Positions 29,264 through 39,187 of a stretch of 64,000 nucleotides of DNA are shown here, piece after piece. Made by a program: the position numbers and the translations under genes. Position 1 is the first letter of the stretch, and each line of letters starts with the position of its first letter. The DNA is taken from NCBI GenBank assembly GCA_035285865.1, contig JAYKHS010000006.1:1-64000 (forward strand), read 5' to 3'. The notes below the pieces were generated by a model that worked only from the letters and a program-made list of their open reading frames with translations, was not told the DNA's origin and searched no databases. The stretch comes from Candidatus Sericytochromatia bacterium (GTDB taxonomy: Bacteria; Cyanobacteriota; Sericytochromatia; S15B-MN24; VGJW01).

Positions 29264-30946
29264 CTAGAAGCCCACGTTCGCCGAGAGACCCGCAGAAACG
29301 GTGCTCAGGCTGGGATCTGCGCCTGCGCCAAGGTCAAGGCGCGCGATGCCCAGGTTCAGACCGGCCCCTGCCCCGATCTGGGTCGCCTGGCCACCCAGTT
29401 GCACGCCGCCGCGCAGGTACAGGAAGCGCAGGATGGATTCTTGGACACCAAGGTGCAGGGAGGGCGTGCCGAGGCTGCCGCCAGGGCCATCGAATGCCCA
29501 GCCGGCGTCCGCGTTGGCGGACAGGCCGAGGGGGCCGCTCCAGGCAAGGCCGACCCGCGCTCCCAGGGGCTCCGTCAGGGTGAAGTTCTCGCTGCTGCTC
29601 TTGCTGGCATCTTTCTGGAAGACGAGCGTCTTGCCCGGGATCGTGGTGCCCGCCGGAGCGCTGACGTAGACATCGCGGCGCCCCGGCCAGATCGTGGGGC
29701 AGTTGCGCAGCAGCACGGCGCCCGTGAGGCCCGGCAGGATGGGCATCGCGCCCCCCAGGTCGAGGCCGAAGCCGGCCCCGGTGGGGTAGCGTGTCACGAG
29801 GTTGAAGTCGTACAGGCCCTGGGTCAGGGACGATCCGGCGGAGGTCAGGCCCGAAAGGTTCGCGGTGTCCGTGGGATTGGCCGCGAAGGTGTCCAGTGCC
29901 TGCTTCAAGGCGTTGTAGGGCTTGCCGAAGTTGAAGGTGTTGACCAGTTCCACCCGCATCGGCACGGCCACGGGCAGGTTGGTCGGCCCGCCGTTGTCGA
30001 CGACGCCAAGGGGCAGGTTGGCGCCCAGCATGCCGAAGGCCGAGTCCAGGGCCGGAATCGCTGCAGAACCGGTGTGAATCTTGAGGGTGGCACCCAGCGT
30101 GGCCTTGTCGAGCGGGATCGGCCCTACCTGGCGGAGCCCGAGCCGCGCCGCAGGCACCTGGAAGCTGATGGCGTTGGTGAGGTAGCCACCGAGGTTCGCG
30201 GCGATGGTGACCTTGGCGCCATCCTTCTGCACGAGGGGCTGCAGGCCTTCGTCGAGCTGGCTGCGGATCTGATCGATGTTGCCCCTGAGCTTGCCGATGT
30301 CGAGGGCGTCCTCACGAATCTGCTGGCCAAGGTCCCGCAGGGAAAGGGCGAGCTTGCGGTCGACGGCGAGGGACTGCTGGGCGGCTTCGTAGATCTCGGG
30401 AGCGGAGAGCGTGAGTTCGGGCAGCACCACGCGTGCCCAGCCTCTGGCACCCACCTGGATGTCCCCGGCGACCGAGAAGCGCAGGCCGTAGAGGCCGCTG
30501 TCCGCGCGCAGGAAGCCATTGACGGAACTGCCGAAGGGCAGAGCCGGTGCGGCCGGCGGTGCCTGGGGCAGGGCATCCTTGGCGTTCGCTTCCTTGACCG
30601 CCTCGCCATACCGGCCGATGTCGGAGAGGTAGGTCTGGAAGGCCTTCAACTGCGGGTTGGACGAGTTGCCCTGGGTCGCGGAGAGGACGTCGACGACGCC
30701 TAGGGTGTCGTTGCCCAGTTGAAGCCCGAACTGCGGGCCGAGATAGATGTTTCCGCGGGCTTCCGAAAGCACCGCCGGATTGAAGAACGGGCTGTTGACG
30801 TCCGAGCCGCGCGCCGCCATCGTGCCGCCCTGGCTGATGCCGATGGCATCCATCGACTCGGCTCGGGCCGCGACGGGCCAGGCGGCTGCCAGCAGACCGA
30901 AGCCGACTCCGAGCCTGAGGGTGTGTTGGCGCATCGCGGTTGCCAA
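29264..30946 (-). CDS. Outer-membrane beta-barrel protein of the TraF/PorV/FadL-like class with a helical insertion
   Basis: Signal peptide; AIGISQGG..A..SDVNSPFFNPAVL; GFGLDLG; LHLGVQE..LYLRGG; C-terminal F. Confidence 0.7.
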   Translation of the reverse strand: MATAMRQHTLRLGVGFGLLAAAWPVAARAESMDAIGISQGGTMAARGSDVNSPFFNPAVLSEARGNIYLGPQFGLQLGNDTLGVVDVLSATQGNSSNPQLKAFQTYLSDIGRYGEAVKEANAKDALPQAPPAAPALPFGSSVNGFLRADSGLYGLRFSVAGDIQVGARGWARVVLPELTLSAPEIYEAAQQSLAVDRKLALSLRDLGQQIREDALDIGKLRGNIDQIRSQLDEGLQPLVQKDGAKVTIAANLGGYLTNAISFQVPAARLGLRQVGPIPLDKATLGATLKIHTGSAAIPALDSAFGMLGANLPLGVVDNGGPTNLPVAVPMRVELVNTFNFGKPYNALKQALDTFAANPTDTANLSGLTSAGSSLTQGLYDFNLVTRYPTGAGFGLDLGGAMPILPGLTGAVLLRNCPTIWPGRRDVYVSAPAGTTIPGKTLVFQKDASKSSSENFTLTEPLGARVGLAWSGPLGLSANADAGWAFDGPGGSLGTPSLHLGVQESILRFLYLRGGVQLGGQATQIGAGAGLNLGIARLDLGAGADPSLSTVSAGLSANVGF

Positions 30947-30969
30947 GGGTTACCTCGTCCGATCCGCCC

Positions 30970-31848
30970 CTAGCGGACCACGAACCGCTTGAAGTAGCGG
31001 GGGTTGGTGAAGGCGGGCATCCGGCCGAGCCCGAAGGACCGACGATTCAGGTCGGACGCGAGCGGGATGATCGTCCAGGCGTATTCGCCGGGTGCGAGGG
31101 TTTTCACGTCGGACGAGCCGGAAGCAAGGCTCTCGAAGCCACCTTGCTTGAAAAGCTGCGCCACGAGGTCGGTGGAGAAGCCCTCGAGATCGCTAGGGGT
31201 GCCGAGCGCCACGCCCGTCTGATGCTTGGACTCGTCGAGAAAGGCCGTGTAGTCGGCCTTGAGGCCTGTGCTGCTCGAAGCGTCGTACTGGCCTACGATC
31301 ACGAGATAGCCATAATGGCGATCCGATCGCTTCACGTCGGCGGGCAGTGCCTGCCACGTCAGCTGGGGCGCGCCACCGGACTGCGCTGCGGGCGCCGTCT
31401 TGTCGAGCTCGAAGGCAATGGCACCGACCCCCGGTGCCGTCAACTCGGGGCCCGAGTCGGGCGCGGCAACGGTCTCGACGAGCGTGCTGCGCGTGCCGGC
31501 TGCGCCGTCCGAGAACAGCGTGTAGAGGTAGGGGATGTCCGGCGACAGTGCATCGTCGATGAGCGGATTGGTGACCTTGCCTCCGCTGAAGGTTTCGGTG
31601 CGGACTTCGCCCGTGGCCGGGACTCGGTGCTGGCGTTCGATGCGGGTCACCTGACTGCCATCGGTGGGCAGCCACGCGATGATGGCCGTGGTTTTCGCCG
31701 TCGAGGCCGGGGGCTGGACCGTGACGCTTCGGTATATGACCGCGGACGAGAGGCTATCCTTCACGTAGTCGAAGGTATTGAAGGTCGCACAGCCGGCGCC
31801 GAACGCGGCGAGGAGGGCAAGCGGGCCGACGCGATGGGGGCGGAGCAA
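30970..31848 (-). CDS. Hypothetical lipoprotein (beta-sandwich-like)
   Basis: Lipobox-like GAGC; LTWQALP, LAPGEYAWTI; extended -10 upstream. Confidence 0.7.
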   Translation of the reverse strand: MLRPHRVGPLALLAAFGAGCATFNTFDYVKDSLSSAVIYRSVTVQPPASTAKTTAIIAWLPTDGSQVTRIERQHRVPATGEVRTETFSGGKVTNPLIDDALSPDIPYLYTLFSDGAAGTRSTLVETVAAPDSGPELTAPGVGAIAFELDKTAPAAQSGGAPQLTWQALPADVKRSDRHYGYLVIVGQYDASSSTGLKADYTAFLDESKHQTGVALGTPSDLEGFSTDLVAQLFKQGGFESLASGSSDVKTLAPGEYAWTIIPLASDLNRRSFGLGRMPAFTNPRYFKRFVVR

Positions 31849-31960
31849 GGCAGGTCTCCCGCAGGGTGGGAAGGGACTCGAGCGCAGTCATCATAGCACG
31901 GCGGGAGGGCTCTCGCGGCGTGGTACCATGCCCTCCTGACCCCTGTTCGAGGTTGTCGCG

Positions 31961-32530
31961 ATGTCCCCCGCTGCCGTGCCCCGTTCTCCCCTGCTCGACG
32001 CCATCCAGGAAGTGCTGATTTCCGAGGATGCCATCGCGGAGCGGGTGCGCGAACTGGGCGAGCGGATCACGCTCGATTATCAGGGGCGCGACCTGCTCGT
32101 CGTGGGTGTCCTGCGTGGCGTGGCTCTTTTCATGGGTGATCTCATCCGCCAGATCCACCTGCCGCTCGAGATCGACTACATGGCCATCTCGAGTTACGGG
32201 TCGTCCACCAAGTCCTCCGGAGTCGTCCGTATCCTCAAGGACCTCGACGAAACGATCACCGGCCGGCACGTGCTGATTGTCGAGGACATCATCGACACGG
32301 GCCTGACGCTGTCCTACCTGACCCGGGCGCTCGAGGAGCGCAAGCCGGCCAGCCTGTCCATCTGCACGCTCCTCGACAAGCCGTCGCGCCGCGTTGCCCC
32401 TGTCGACGTGCAATACACCGGTTTCACGGTCGAGGATCGCTTTGTTGTGGGCTATGGCCTGGACCACGCCCAGCGGTTCCGCAACCTCCCGTTCATCGGC
32501 GTGCTCAAGCCCGAGGTCTACACGCGATGA
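31961..32530 (+). CDS. hpt: Hypoxanthine phosphoribosyltransferase
   Basis: VLIVEDIIDTGLTL, FVVGYGLD, RNLPFIG. Confidence 0.97.
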   Translation: MSPAAVPRSPLLDAIQEVLISEDAIAERVRELGERITLDYQGRDLLVVGVLRGVALFMGDLIRQIHLPLEIDYMAISSYGSSTKSSGVVRILKDLDETITGRHVLIVEDIIDTGLTLSYLTRALEERKPASLSICTLLDKPSRRVAPVDVQYTGFTVEDRFVVGYGLDHAQRFRNLPFIGVLKPEVYTR

Positions 32531-32985
32531 CCCTCGTCGATCGTGCGACGGACATGGCGTCCCGCCTTGCCGCCGAGTTGGGGCTCGACCTGGTCGAGGT
32601 GACGTGGACCCGAGAGCATGGCCGCAGGATTCTCCGCATCACGATCGACCATCCGGACGGCGTCAGCCATACGCACTGCGAATCCCTTTCGAGGGCCCTG
32701 GATCCCGTGCTGGACACGGATGAGGCCTTCGCGACCCTCGACGAGGGGTATCATCTCGAGGTTTCCTCGCCCGGCGCCGAGCGTCCGCTGGTCGCGGATG
32801 CCGACTTCGTTCGCTTCCGGGGCCGCAAGGTTGCCGTGAAGCTCAATCGTGCCTTCGCGGGGCGCCGCCAGTGGGTCGGCCGCCTCGAAGGGGCCACCGC
32901 CGACCACATCCTGGTCGAGGCCGAAGGCCGGGTGCTGGAATTGCCCCGTGATGCCGTCAGCCGCGCCAGGCTCGCGCTCAACTGA
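32527..32985 (+). CDS. rimP: Ribosome maturation factor RimP
   Basis: LRITIDHPDGV..C, YHLEVSSPGAERPL. Confidence 0.95.
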   Translation: MTLVDRATDMASRLAAELGLDLVEVTWTREHGRRILRITIDHPDGVSHTHCESLSRALDPVLDTDEAFATLDEGYHLEVSSPGAERPLVADADFVRFRGRKVAVKLNRAFAGRRQWVGRLEGATADHILVEAEGRVLELPRDAVSRARLALN

Positions 32986-33025
32986 ATCCCCGGGTCCTCT
33001 CCGGACCGTACTGGTAGCCAGATCC

Positions 33026-34198
33026 ATGAATGTCGACATCAAGGGCGCCTTCCGCACGCTGCAGGTGGAAAAGGAGATTCCCGCCGACGTCCTGAAGGAG
33101 ATGCTCGAAGCCTCCTTGCTGGCCGCCTACATGCGTATGCCGGATGCCGTGCCGGCCGTCCATGCCGTACTGGACCCCGACGCCAACACCATGGTGCTCG
33201 TGCGACGCCGGACCGTCTCGGATGCCGATGAACTGGCCGCCGACGAGGTTGCCTTGGCCGAAGCTCGCCTCGTGCAGGCCGACCTCGAGCCCGGTGACAT
33301 CCTCGAGGAGGACGTCACGCCGAACATGGCCACGATGGGCCGCCTCGCCGCCGGAGCCTTCCGCCAGGTGCTGCAACAGAAGACGCGCGAAATCGAGCGC
33401 CGCAAGCAGCTCGATCAGTTGCGTGGGCGCGTCGGTCGGACGGTGCTGGGGGAGATCGATCGCTTCGAGGGAAAGAACGCGTGGGTCATCGTCGAGGGTG
33501 TCGAGGCCCTGATGCCCGGCCATGAGCAGATTCCCGGCGAACGTCTGCGGCCCGGGGACCGGGTTCGGGTCTATCTGGTCGAGGTGCGCGACGGTGGTCG
33601 AGGTGAGGTCATGATCGCCAGCCGTGGTCACGCCGGCCTGGTGCGCGAACTTTTCGCGCTCGAGGTGCCCGAGGTCGCTGATGGAGTGGTGCGCATCGAG
33701 GCCATCGCTCGCGAGGCCGGTCAGCGCACCAAGGTTGCGGTCCGTAGTCGCGATCGCAGTGTGGATGCCGTCGGTGCGTGCATCGGGGCACGCGGCACCC
33801 GCATTCAGGCCGTGATGCGCGACCTGGGCCAGGAGAAGATCGATGTCGTGCGCTGGTCTCCGCGACCCGAGGAGTTCGTGGCTCAGGCGCTGTCGCCGGC
33901 CAAGGTCAGACGCGTCGATGCGATCGGAGATGCGGATGCGCGGGCGGTCGTCCCGGACAACCAGCTGTCCCTGGCCATCGGCAAGGAGGGGCAGAACGTT
34001 CGTCTGGCTTCGCGCCTGACTGGCCGTCGCATCGACATCCGGTCCGAGCGACAGGCTGCCGAGGATGCGCGTGGCGTGCCGCGTATCCGGCCCGCTCGCG
34101 GTGTCGTGGGTGAGGATGGTCGGGCCGGCACGGATGCCATGGCCGAGCCGGCCGAGCCGACGCCTGTGGCCGCGGAGGGCGAGGAAGCCGCCGAGTGA
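33026..34198 (+). CDS. nusA: Transcription termination factor NusA
   Basis: S1+KH domains; AREAGQRTKVAV, GACIGARGTRI, LSLAIGKEGQNVRLA. Confidence 0.96.
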   Translation: MNVDIKGAFRTLQVEKEIPADVLKEMLEASLLAAYMRMPDAVPAVHAVLDPDANTMVLVRRRTVSDADELAADEVALAEARLVQADLEPGDILEEDVTPNMATMGRLAAGAFRQVLQQKTREIERRKQLDQLRGRVGRTVLGEIDRFEGKNAWVIVEGVEALMPGHEQIPGERLRPGDRVRVYLVEVRDGGRGEVMIASRGHAGLVRELFALEVPEVADGVVRIEAIAREAGQRTKVAVRSRDRSVDAVGACIGARGTRIQAVMRDLGQEKIDVVRWSPRPEEFVAQALSPAKVRRVDAIGDADARAVVPDNQLSLAIGKEGQNVRLASRLTGRRIDIRSERQAAEDARGVPRIRPARGVVGEDGRAGTDAMAEPAEPTPVAAEGEEAAE

Positions 34199-34443
34199 GT
34201 CCGCGACGTCAGGCCCCTCGCCTCAGGCGATGCTTGGCTTGCCGCGGTTGGAGCCATGGGCCGGACATGGTTCGCATGGCGCGATTTGCCGATGGGCGCT
34301 GGGAGTTGGTCGCCCGAGGCGGACACGGCCATTACCTGCATGCCCAGCCTGAATGCCTCGCGTGGGCGCATGCTCCGAAGGGGCTCGTGCGCCTGATGGG
34401 CCTGGCCGCCGCAGAGCGGATGCGGGCCTTGCTGCCGCTCTGA
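34195..34443 (+). CDS. ylxR: Divergent YlxR/DUF448-family protein
   Basis: RRCLACR, GHGHYL..ECL; located between nusA and infB. Confidence 0.7.
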   Translation: MSPRRQAPRLRRCLACRGWSHGPDMVRMARFADGRWELVARGGHGHYLHAQPECLAWAHAPKGLVRLMGLAAAERMRALLPL

Positions 34444-34479
34444 TGAAGGATCGGCACGGCGCTCGTCGGCGGGGTGTGG

Positions 34480-34509
34480 CTGGACATCCACTCCGGTTCG
34501 GGGCATGAT
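34480..34509 (+). promoter_or_regulatory. Internal sigma70-type promoter for infB
   Basis: TGGACA-N17-CATGAT. Confidence 0.5.
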
Positions 34510-34533
34510 GGACGCTCGAGGTCTTCTTTTTTC

Positions 34534-36906
34534 ATGCGCGTCATCGAGCTCGCTCGCGAGGTCAGCCTTCCCTCCAGGGAGGTGCTGGGCATTCTCCACG
34601 AGTTGGGTTTTGCGGCGATAGCCACCAATTTCACTCCGGTCCCCGCGGACGCTGAGCAGCGTTTTCGAGCGCGTCTGGCGCCACCGGAGCCCGAGATCCC
34701 AGTCGTGGCAGCGGTTGCGGGTCCCCGGAAGATTTCCGCACCGGCGCCGGTGGTGGTCACTCCGGCGCCCTTGCCCGTTCGCCAGCAGCCCGGCCGCGCC
34801 GCCGGCCGGCCTGGCAGCCTCGCTACTGCGGGTGCTGGGCAGGTTGGTCGGGCTCCCGCGCCCGCAGGTGCAACCGCACCCGGTGGGCGTCCGGCTGGTG
34901 GTGCATACGGTCGCCCTCCCGGTCCAAGCGGTGGTAGGCCTGGCTTCGGGCCGCGCCCCGGTGGCTTCGGTGGTCCCGGTGGGGGGGCGGGCGCGCCCGG
35001 TGGTCCGCCGCGTCCGGGCATGGGCCCCAACAAGAAGCCCGGTGGCGCCAAGAAGTGGCAAGACCGCCGCAAGGACAAGGAAGGTGAAGTCTCCAAGGTC
35101 AGTCAGCGGTCAAAGAAGAAGGGGCACCGTTCCTCGGGCCCGTCGATCAATCAGGTGGTACGTTTGTCTGGTTCTCTCACGGTCAAGGAACTCGCGGAGC
35201 GCATTGGCGTCCACGAGGCCGAAGTCATCAAGCGCCTCTTCCTCAAGGGGGTGATGGCCACCATCAACCAGACCATCCCGCTCGAAACCGCCGAAGCCAT
35301 CGTTGCGGACCTGGGGCTCGAGGTCGAGATGTACGATCCCAGTCAGGAGGGACCCGAAGAGGTCGTCGAGGCGGTGGATGAGTCCCGTCTGGTCACCCGT
35401 CCGCCCGTCGTCACCATCATGGGTCACGTCGACCACGGCAAGACCTCGCTGCTCGACGCCATCCGCAACACCCGTGTGGCGGCCGGCGAGGCCGGCGGCA
35501 TCACGCAGCACATCGGTGCCTATCAAGTCGAGATCCACGACAAGCCGATTACCTTCCTGGACACGCCGGGTCACGAGGCCTTCACGGCCATGCGTGCCCG
35601 TGGTGCCAAGGCCACGGACATCGCCATCCTGGTGGTGGCTGCCGACGACGGTGTGAAACCGCAAACCATCGAGGCCATCAACCACGCTCGCGAGGCTGGC
35701 GTGCCGATCATGGTGGCCATCAACAAAATCGACAAACCCGAGGCCCAGCCCGACCAAGTCAAGCAGCAGCTCACCGAGTTCGGTCTGGTGGCCGAGGAGT
35801 GGGGTGGTCAGACGGTCATGGTGCCCGTGTCCGCCAAGCAGCGCATCGGCATCAGCGAGTTGCTGGAGATGATTCTGCTCGTGGCGGAGGTCCAAGAGCT
35901 CAAGGCTGATCCCGACCGCTTGGCGCGCGGGCTCATCATCGAAGCCGAGCTGGATCCCAAGATGGGTCCGAAGGCAACCGTCCTTGTGCAGAACGGCACG
36001 CTCTCCGTCGGCGATCACTTCGCCGTGGGGGCCATCGCAGGCAAGGTCCGCGCCATGATCAACGACCAGGGGCGGCGCGTGAAGTCGGCGCCACCTGCCC
36101 TGCCCGTGGTAATTACGGGTCTCTCGGCCGTGCCTCGTGCCGGTGACATCTTCCAGGTCTATGAGGACGAGCGGAAGGCCAAGGCCATCGCGGGCGAGCG
36201 GGCCGAGGCGGAGCGCGCCAAGGATCTGGCCGAGAAGGCGAAGCATCTCACGCTGGGCGCCATCTCGGATGCCGCCAAGGGTGGCAGCCTGGCCGATCTC
36301 AAGGAGCTGCGGCTGGTGCTTCGGGCAGACGTCAAGGGCTCTCTCGAGGCCGTCACCCAGTCCTTGCTCAACCTCAACAAGGACGAGGGCCTGGCCCTGC
36401 GGATCATTCTGGCGAATACCGGCGAAGTCACGGAATCGGACATCGATCTGGCCAGTGCTTCGAATGCCATCGTCATCGCGTTCCACACGGGCGTTTCCGA
36501 CCGTGCCAAGGCCAAGGCGGATGCGGAGTCCGTCGAGGTGCGCGAATACGACGTCATCTACAAGTTGCTCGAAGACATGGAGAAGGCACTCAAGGGCATG
36601 CTCGAGCCCGAGTTCGAGGAAGTCTTCACCGGTCGCTCCGAAGTCCTCAAGATCTTCACTTTCGAGAAGACGGTCATCGCGGGTTGCATGGTTCGTGAAG
36701 GCAAGATGCAGCGCAATCTCAAGGCCAAGGTCATGCGTGGCCGCCAGGCTGTCCACGAAGGCAAGCTCGATCACCTCAAGCGCTTCAAGGACGAGGTCAA
36801 GGAAGTCCAGCAGGGCTACGACTGCGGTATCTCCTTCGCCGACTTCAACGACATCCAGATCGGCGACTTCATCGAGGTCTACTCGCTCGTCGAGAAGACC
36901 CGATAG
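34534..36906 (+). CDS. infB: Translation initiation factor IF-2
   Basis: [31 protein letters not shown]. Confidence 0.98.
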   Translation: MRVIELAREVSLPSREVLGILHELGFAAIATNFTPVPADAEQRFRARLAPPEPEIPVVAAVAGPRKISAPAPVVVTPAPLPVRQQPGRAAGRPGSLATAGAGQVGRAPAPAGATAPGGRPAGGAYGRPPGPSGGRPGFGPRPGGFGGPGGGAGAPGGPPRPGMGPNKKPGGAKKWQDRRKDKEGEVSKVSQRSKKKGHRSSGPSINQVVRLSGSLTVKELAERIGVHEAEVIKRLFLKGVMATINQTIPLETAEAIVADLGLEVEMYDPSQEGPEEVVEAVDESRLVTRPPVVTIMGHVDHGKTSLLDAIRNTRVAAGEAGGITQHIGAYQVEIHDKPITFLDTPGHEAFTAMRARGAKATDIAILVVAADDGVKPQTIEAINHAREAGVPIMVAINKIDKPEAQPDQVKQQLTEFGLVAEEWGGQTVMVPVSAKQRIGISELLEMILLVAEVQELKADPDRLARGLIIEAELDPKMGPKATVLVQNGTLSVGDHFAVGAIAGKVRAMINDQGRRVKSAPPALPVVITGLSAVPRAGDIFQVYEDERKAKAIAGERAEAERAKDLAEKAKHLTLGAISDAAKGGSLADLKELRLVLRADVKGSLEAVTQSLLNLNKDEGLALRIILANTGEVTESDIDLASASNAIVIAFHTGVSDRAKAKADAESVEVREYDVIYKLLEDMEKALKGMLEPEFEEVFTGRSEVLKIFTFEKTVIAGCMVREGKMQRNLKAKVMRGRQAVHEGKLDHLKRFKDEVKEVQQGYDCGISFADFNDIQIGDFIEVYSLVEKTR

Positions 36907-36917
36907 GGAGGGCCTTC

Positions 36918-37301
36918 ATGCCGACCCATGGTCGTTCCGACAGGATGGCCGAGGCGATTCGTCGTCTCGTGGCCGAGATGCTGCAGTTCCGGATCAAGGA
37001 CCAGCGCATCGTCGGCATGGTTTCGGTTACGGGTGTCGAAGTCTCCGGCGATCTTCGGCATGCCAAGGTCTTCGTATCCGTTTATGGCGACGAGGATCAG
37101 GAGGCCCTGACACTTGAGGGTCTGCGCTCGGCTTCAGGGATGATGCGTGGGGAAATCGGTCGTGAACTGCAACTGCGGCATGCCCCGGAGCTGTCCTTCC
37201 GTGTGGACCGTACCGCTCGGCACGCTGCTCATCTCAATGATCTCTTCGCGCGCATCCGCCACCACGATGCGGCCGACGGGGCCGATGAGCGCGGCGCCTG
37301 A
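36918..37301 (+). CDS. rbfA: Ribosome-binding factor A
   Basis: IKDQR, DLRHAKVFVS, LRHAPELSF. Confidence 0.95.
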   Translation: MPTHGRSDRMAEAIRRLVAEMLQFRIKDQRIVGMVSVTGVEVSGDLRHAKVFVSVYGDEDQEALTLEGLRSASGMMRGEIGRELQLRHAPELSFRVDRTARHAAHLNDLFARIRHHDAADGADERGA

Positions 37302-37325
37302 GGGCGCCTTCCGGGAGGGTCTGGC

Positions 37326-38330
37326 GTGATCGCTGATCAGGATCTGGGGCTGCCCGCCGAACATCATGCGGTTGCGGCTGTGTTTCGTGCCCACCCGCGC
37401 TGGGTTGTGGCGTCCCACATGAATCCGGACGCGGATACCCTCGGCTCCGCGATCGCCCTGAAGGTGTTGCTGCGCAAGCTTGGCCACGAGGTCGTCCACG
37501 TCTGTCCGGATCCTGTGCCGCAGGCCCTGAGGTTCCTGGGTGGAACCGACGAGGTCCGCACTTCGCTGGAAGGACTCGATGGCTGGGCGCTGGCCACCTG
37601 CGATGCGGCGGACATCCGCCGCTTCGGCGCCGACTGGACGGCCCGGATGGCCGCATTCCGGCCGCTCGTCGTGGTGGACCATCACATCTCGAACCAGGCC
37701 TTCGGGACGGACAACCTCATCATGGCCGATGCCGCTGCCACCGGCGAGGTCGTCTTCCGTCTGTTCCATCACTTCGGCATCTCCATCGATCGTGAAGCTG
37801 CCGATGCCATCTATGCGGCCATCTCGACGGATACGGGATCGTTCCGCTATGACGGCACGCGGCCCCACACCCATCTCATGGCGGCCCACCTGATCGAGGC
37901 TGGCGTGGCCGTCAGCCGAATCAATCAGGCGCTTTACGAGGAGATGCCCGCGCGGGCTCTGCGTATTCAGGCGGCCGCCTTGGGTCGCTTGCGCATGGCC
38001 TTGGGTGGGCGAGTCGCACTCGCGTCGGTGTCTCGGGCCATGCTTTCGGAGGCGGGTGCGGACGACGAGGACTGCGAAGGCATCGTGGAGCAGCTGCGTT
38101 CCATCCAGGGTGTGGATACATCCGTCTTCATGCGTGAGCTCGCGGCCGGGGGCTGGAAGGTTTCCTTCCGGTCCAAGGGCTTGGTCGACGTCAACCGCAT
38201 CGCGCGTGTCTGGGATGGTGGGGGTCACGTCCGTGCCTCGGGATGTACGGTCTCCGAGGGGCCCGGTGAGCTGGAGCCGCGTTTCCTCGAACAGATCGGC
38301 TTGCAGCTGGACGGCGTTCCCGCCGCGTGA
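37326..38330 (+). CDS. nrnA: DHH/DHHA1 nanoRNase / PAP phosphatase NrnA
   Basis: HMNPDAD, DHH, TDTGSF, SFRS, GGGH. Confidence 0.92.
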   Translation: MIADQDLGLPAEHHAVAAVFRAHPRWVVASHMNPDADTLGSAIALKVLLRKLGHEVVHVCPDPVPQALRFLGGTDEVRTSLEGLDGWALATCDAADIRRFGADWTARMAAFRPLVVVDHHISNQAFGTDNLIMADAAATGEVVFRLFHHFGISIDREAADAIYAAISTDTGSFRYDGTRPHTHLMAAHLIEAGVAVSRINQALYEEMPARALRIQAAALGRLRMALGGRVALASVSRAMLSEAGADDEDCEGIVEQLRSIQGVDTSVFMRELAAGGWKVSFRSKGLVDVNRIARVWDGGGHVRASGCTVSEGPGELEPRFLEQIGLQLDGVPAA

Positions 38331-39187
38331 GTCGGTCCGGGCTTGCCATCCTGCTCAAGCCGGCAGGCATGACCTCCTTTGAGGTCGTGTCGTGGGTGCG
38401 TCGCCGTGTCGGCGAGCGTCGGGTAGGTCACGCCGGCACCCTCGATCCTGCGGCTGCCGGCGTCATGGTCGTGGCCGTCGGCCCGGCGGCCAGATGGTTG
38501 TCGTTTCTTGACGACAACAAGGCCTATGTCGGCGAGGTCGTTTTCGGCCGAGCGACGACGACAGCGGATGCGACGGGCGAGACCCTTGCCGAGGAGCCTT
38601 CAGGCGTGACCGAGGCGGGTCTGCGCGCCCTCCTGCCTGCTTTCGTCGGGACCATCCGCCAACGTCCCCCTGCGGTATCGGCCGTGCGGATCGATGGGCG
38701 CCGGGCCCATGAACGCGTTCGCGCTGGCGAGGACGTCGTGGTGCCCGAGCGCGAGGTACGCATCGATGCGCTCGAACTGTTGGCTTTCGATGCGGAGCGC
38801 CAGGCTGCGCGCTTGGCCATCGCTTGCTCGGCGGGTACCTATATCCGCTCCTTGGCCGAGGACTTGGGCAGGGCCCTGGGAGTCCCGGCACATCTTGCGT
38901 TCCTGGTCCGGACGCGGTCAGGACCTTGGGGCCTGCAGGTGGCCCAGCCCTTGGACGAAACCCTCGAACTCAGGCTGCAAGCCGTGGATGATGGGCTGCG
39001 TCACTGGCCTCGGCTGGATCTCGACGATGTGGCTGCACGTGCCTTCCGACTGGGACAAGGCGTGTCGCTCCCCGAGGCGATTGAACCGGCGCCCATGGTT
39101 GCCGTGTGGCATCAGGGCTGTTTCATCGGGTTGGGGCGGCCCGAGGGGGACCGGCTCAGGCCCGAGCGGACGGTCTCCCAGGCGTGA
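38327..39187 (+). CDS. truB: tRNA pseudouridine(55) synthase TruB
   Basis: GHAGTLDP, CSAGTYIRSLAEDLG. Confidence 0.96.
   Translation: MSRSGLAILLKPAGMTSFEVVSWVRRRVGERRVGHAGTLDPAAAGVMVVAVGPAARWLSFLDDNKAYVGEVVFGRATTTADATGETLAEEPSGVTEAGLRALLPAFVGTIRQRPPAVSAVRIDGRRAHERVRAGEDVVVPEREVRIDALELLAFDAERQAARLAIACSAGTYIRSLAEDLGRALGVPAHLAFLVRTRSGPWGLQVAQPLDETLELRLQAVDDGLRHWPRLDLDDVAARAFRLGQGVSLPEAIEPAPMVAVWHQGCFIGLGRPEGDRLRPERTVSQA

Noticed and set aside
28274..30703. Very long opposite-strand ORFs (e.g. 28274-30703, 52925-55300, 12276-14336, 60921-62735, 15305-17413)
   Set aside because: Antisense shadows of real genes, expected with high GC3 codon usage; no recognisable motifs.
29264..30946. TraF-like gene as evidence of a conjugative element
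   Set aside because: No relaxase, T4SS or other tra genes; it is embedded among housekeeping genes.
34780..35050. Gly/Pro/Arg-rich repeats in IF-2
   Set aside because: Ordinary low-complexity N-terminal region of IF-2 in GC-rich bacteria.
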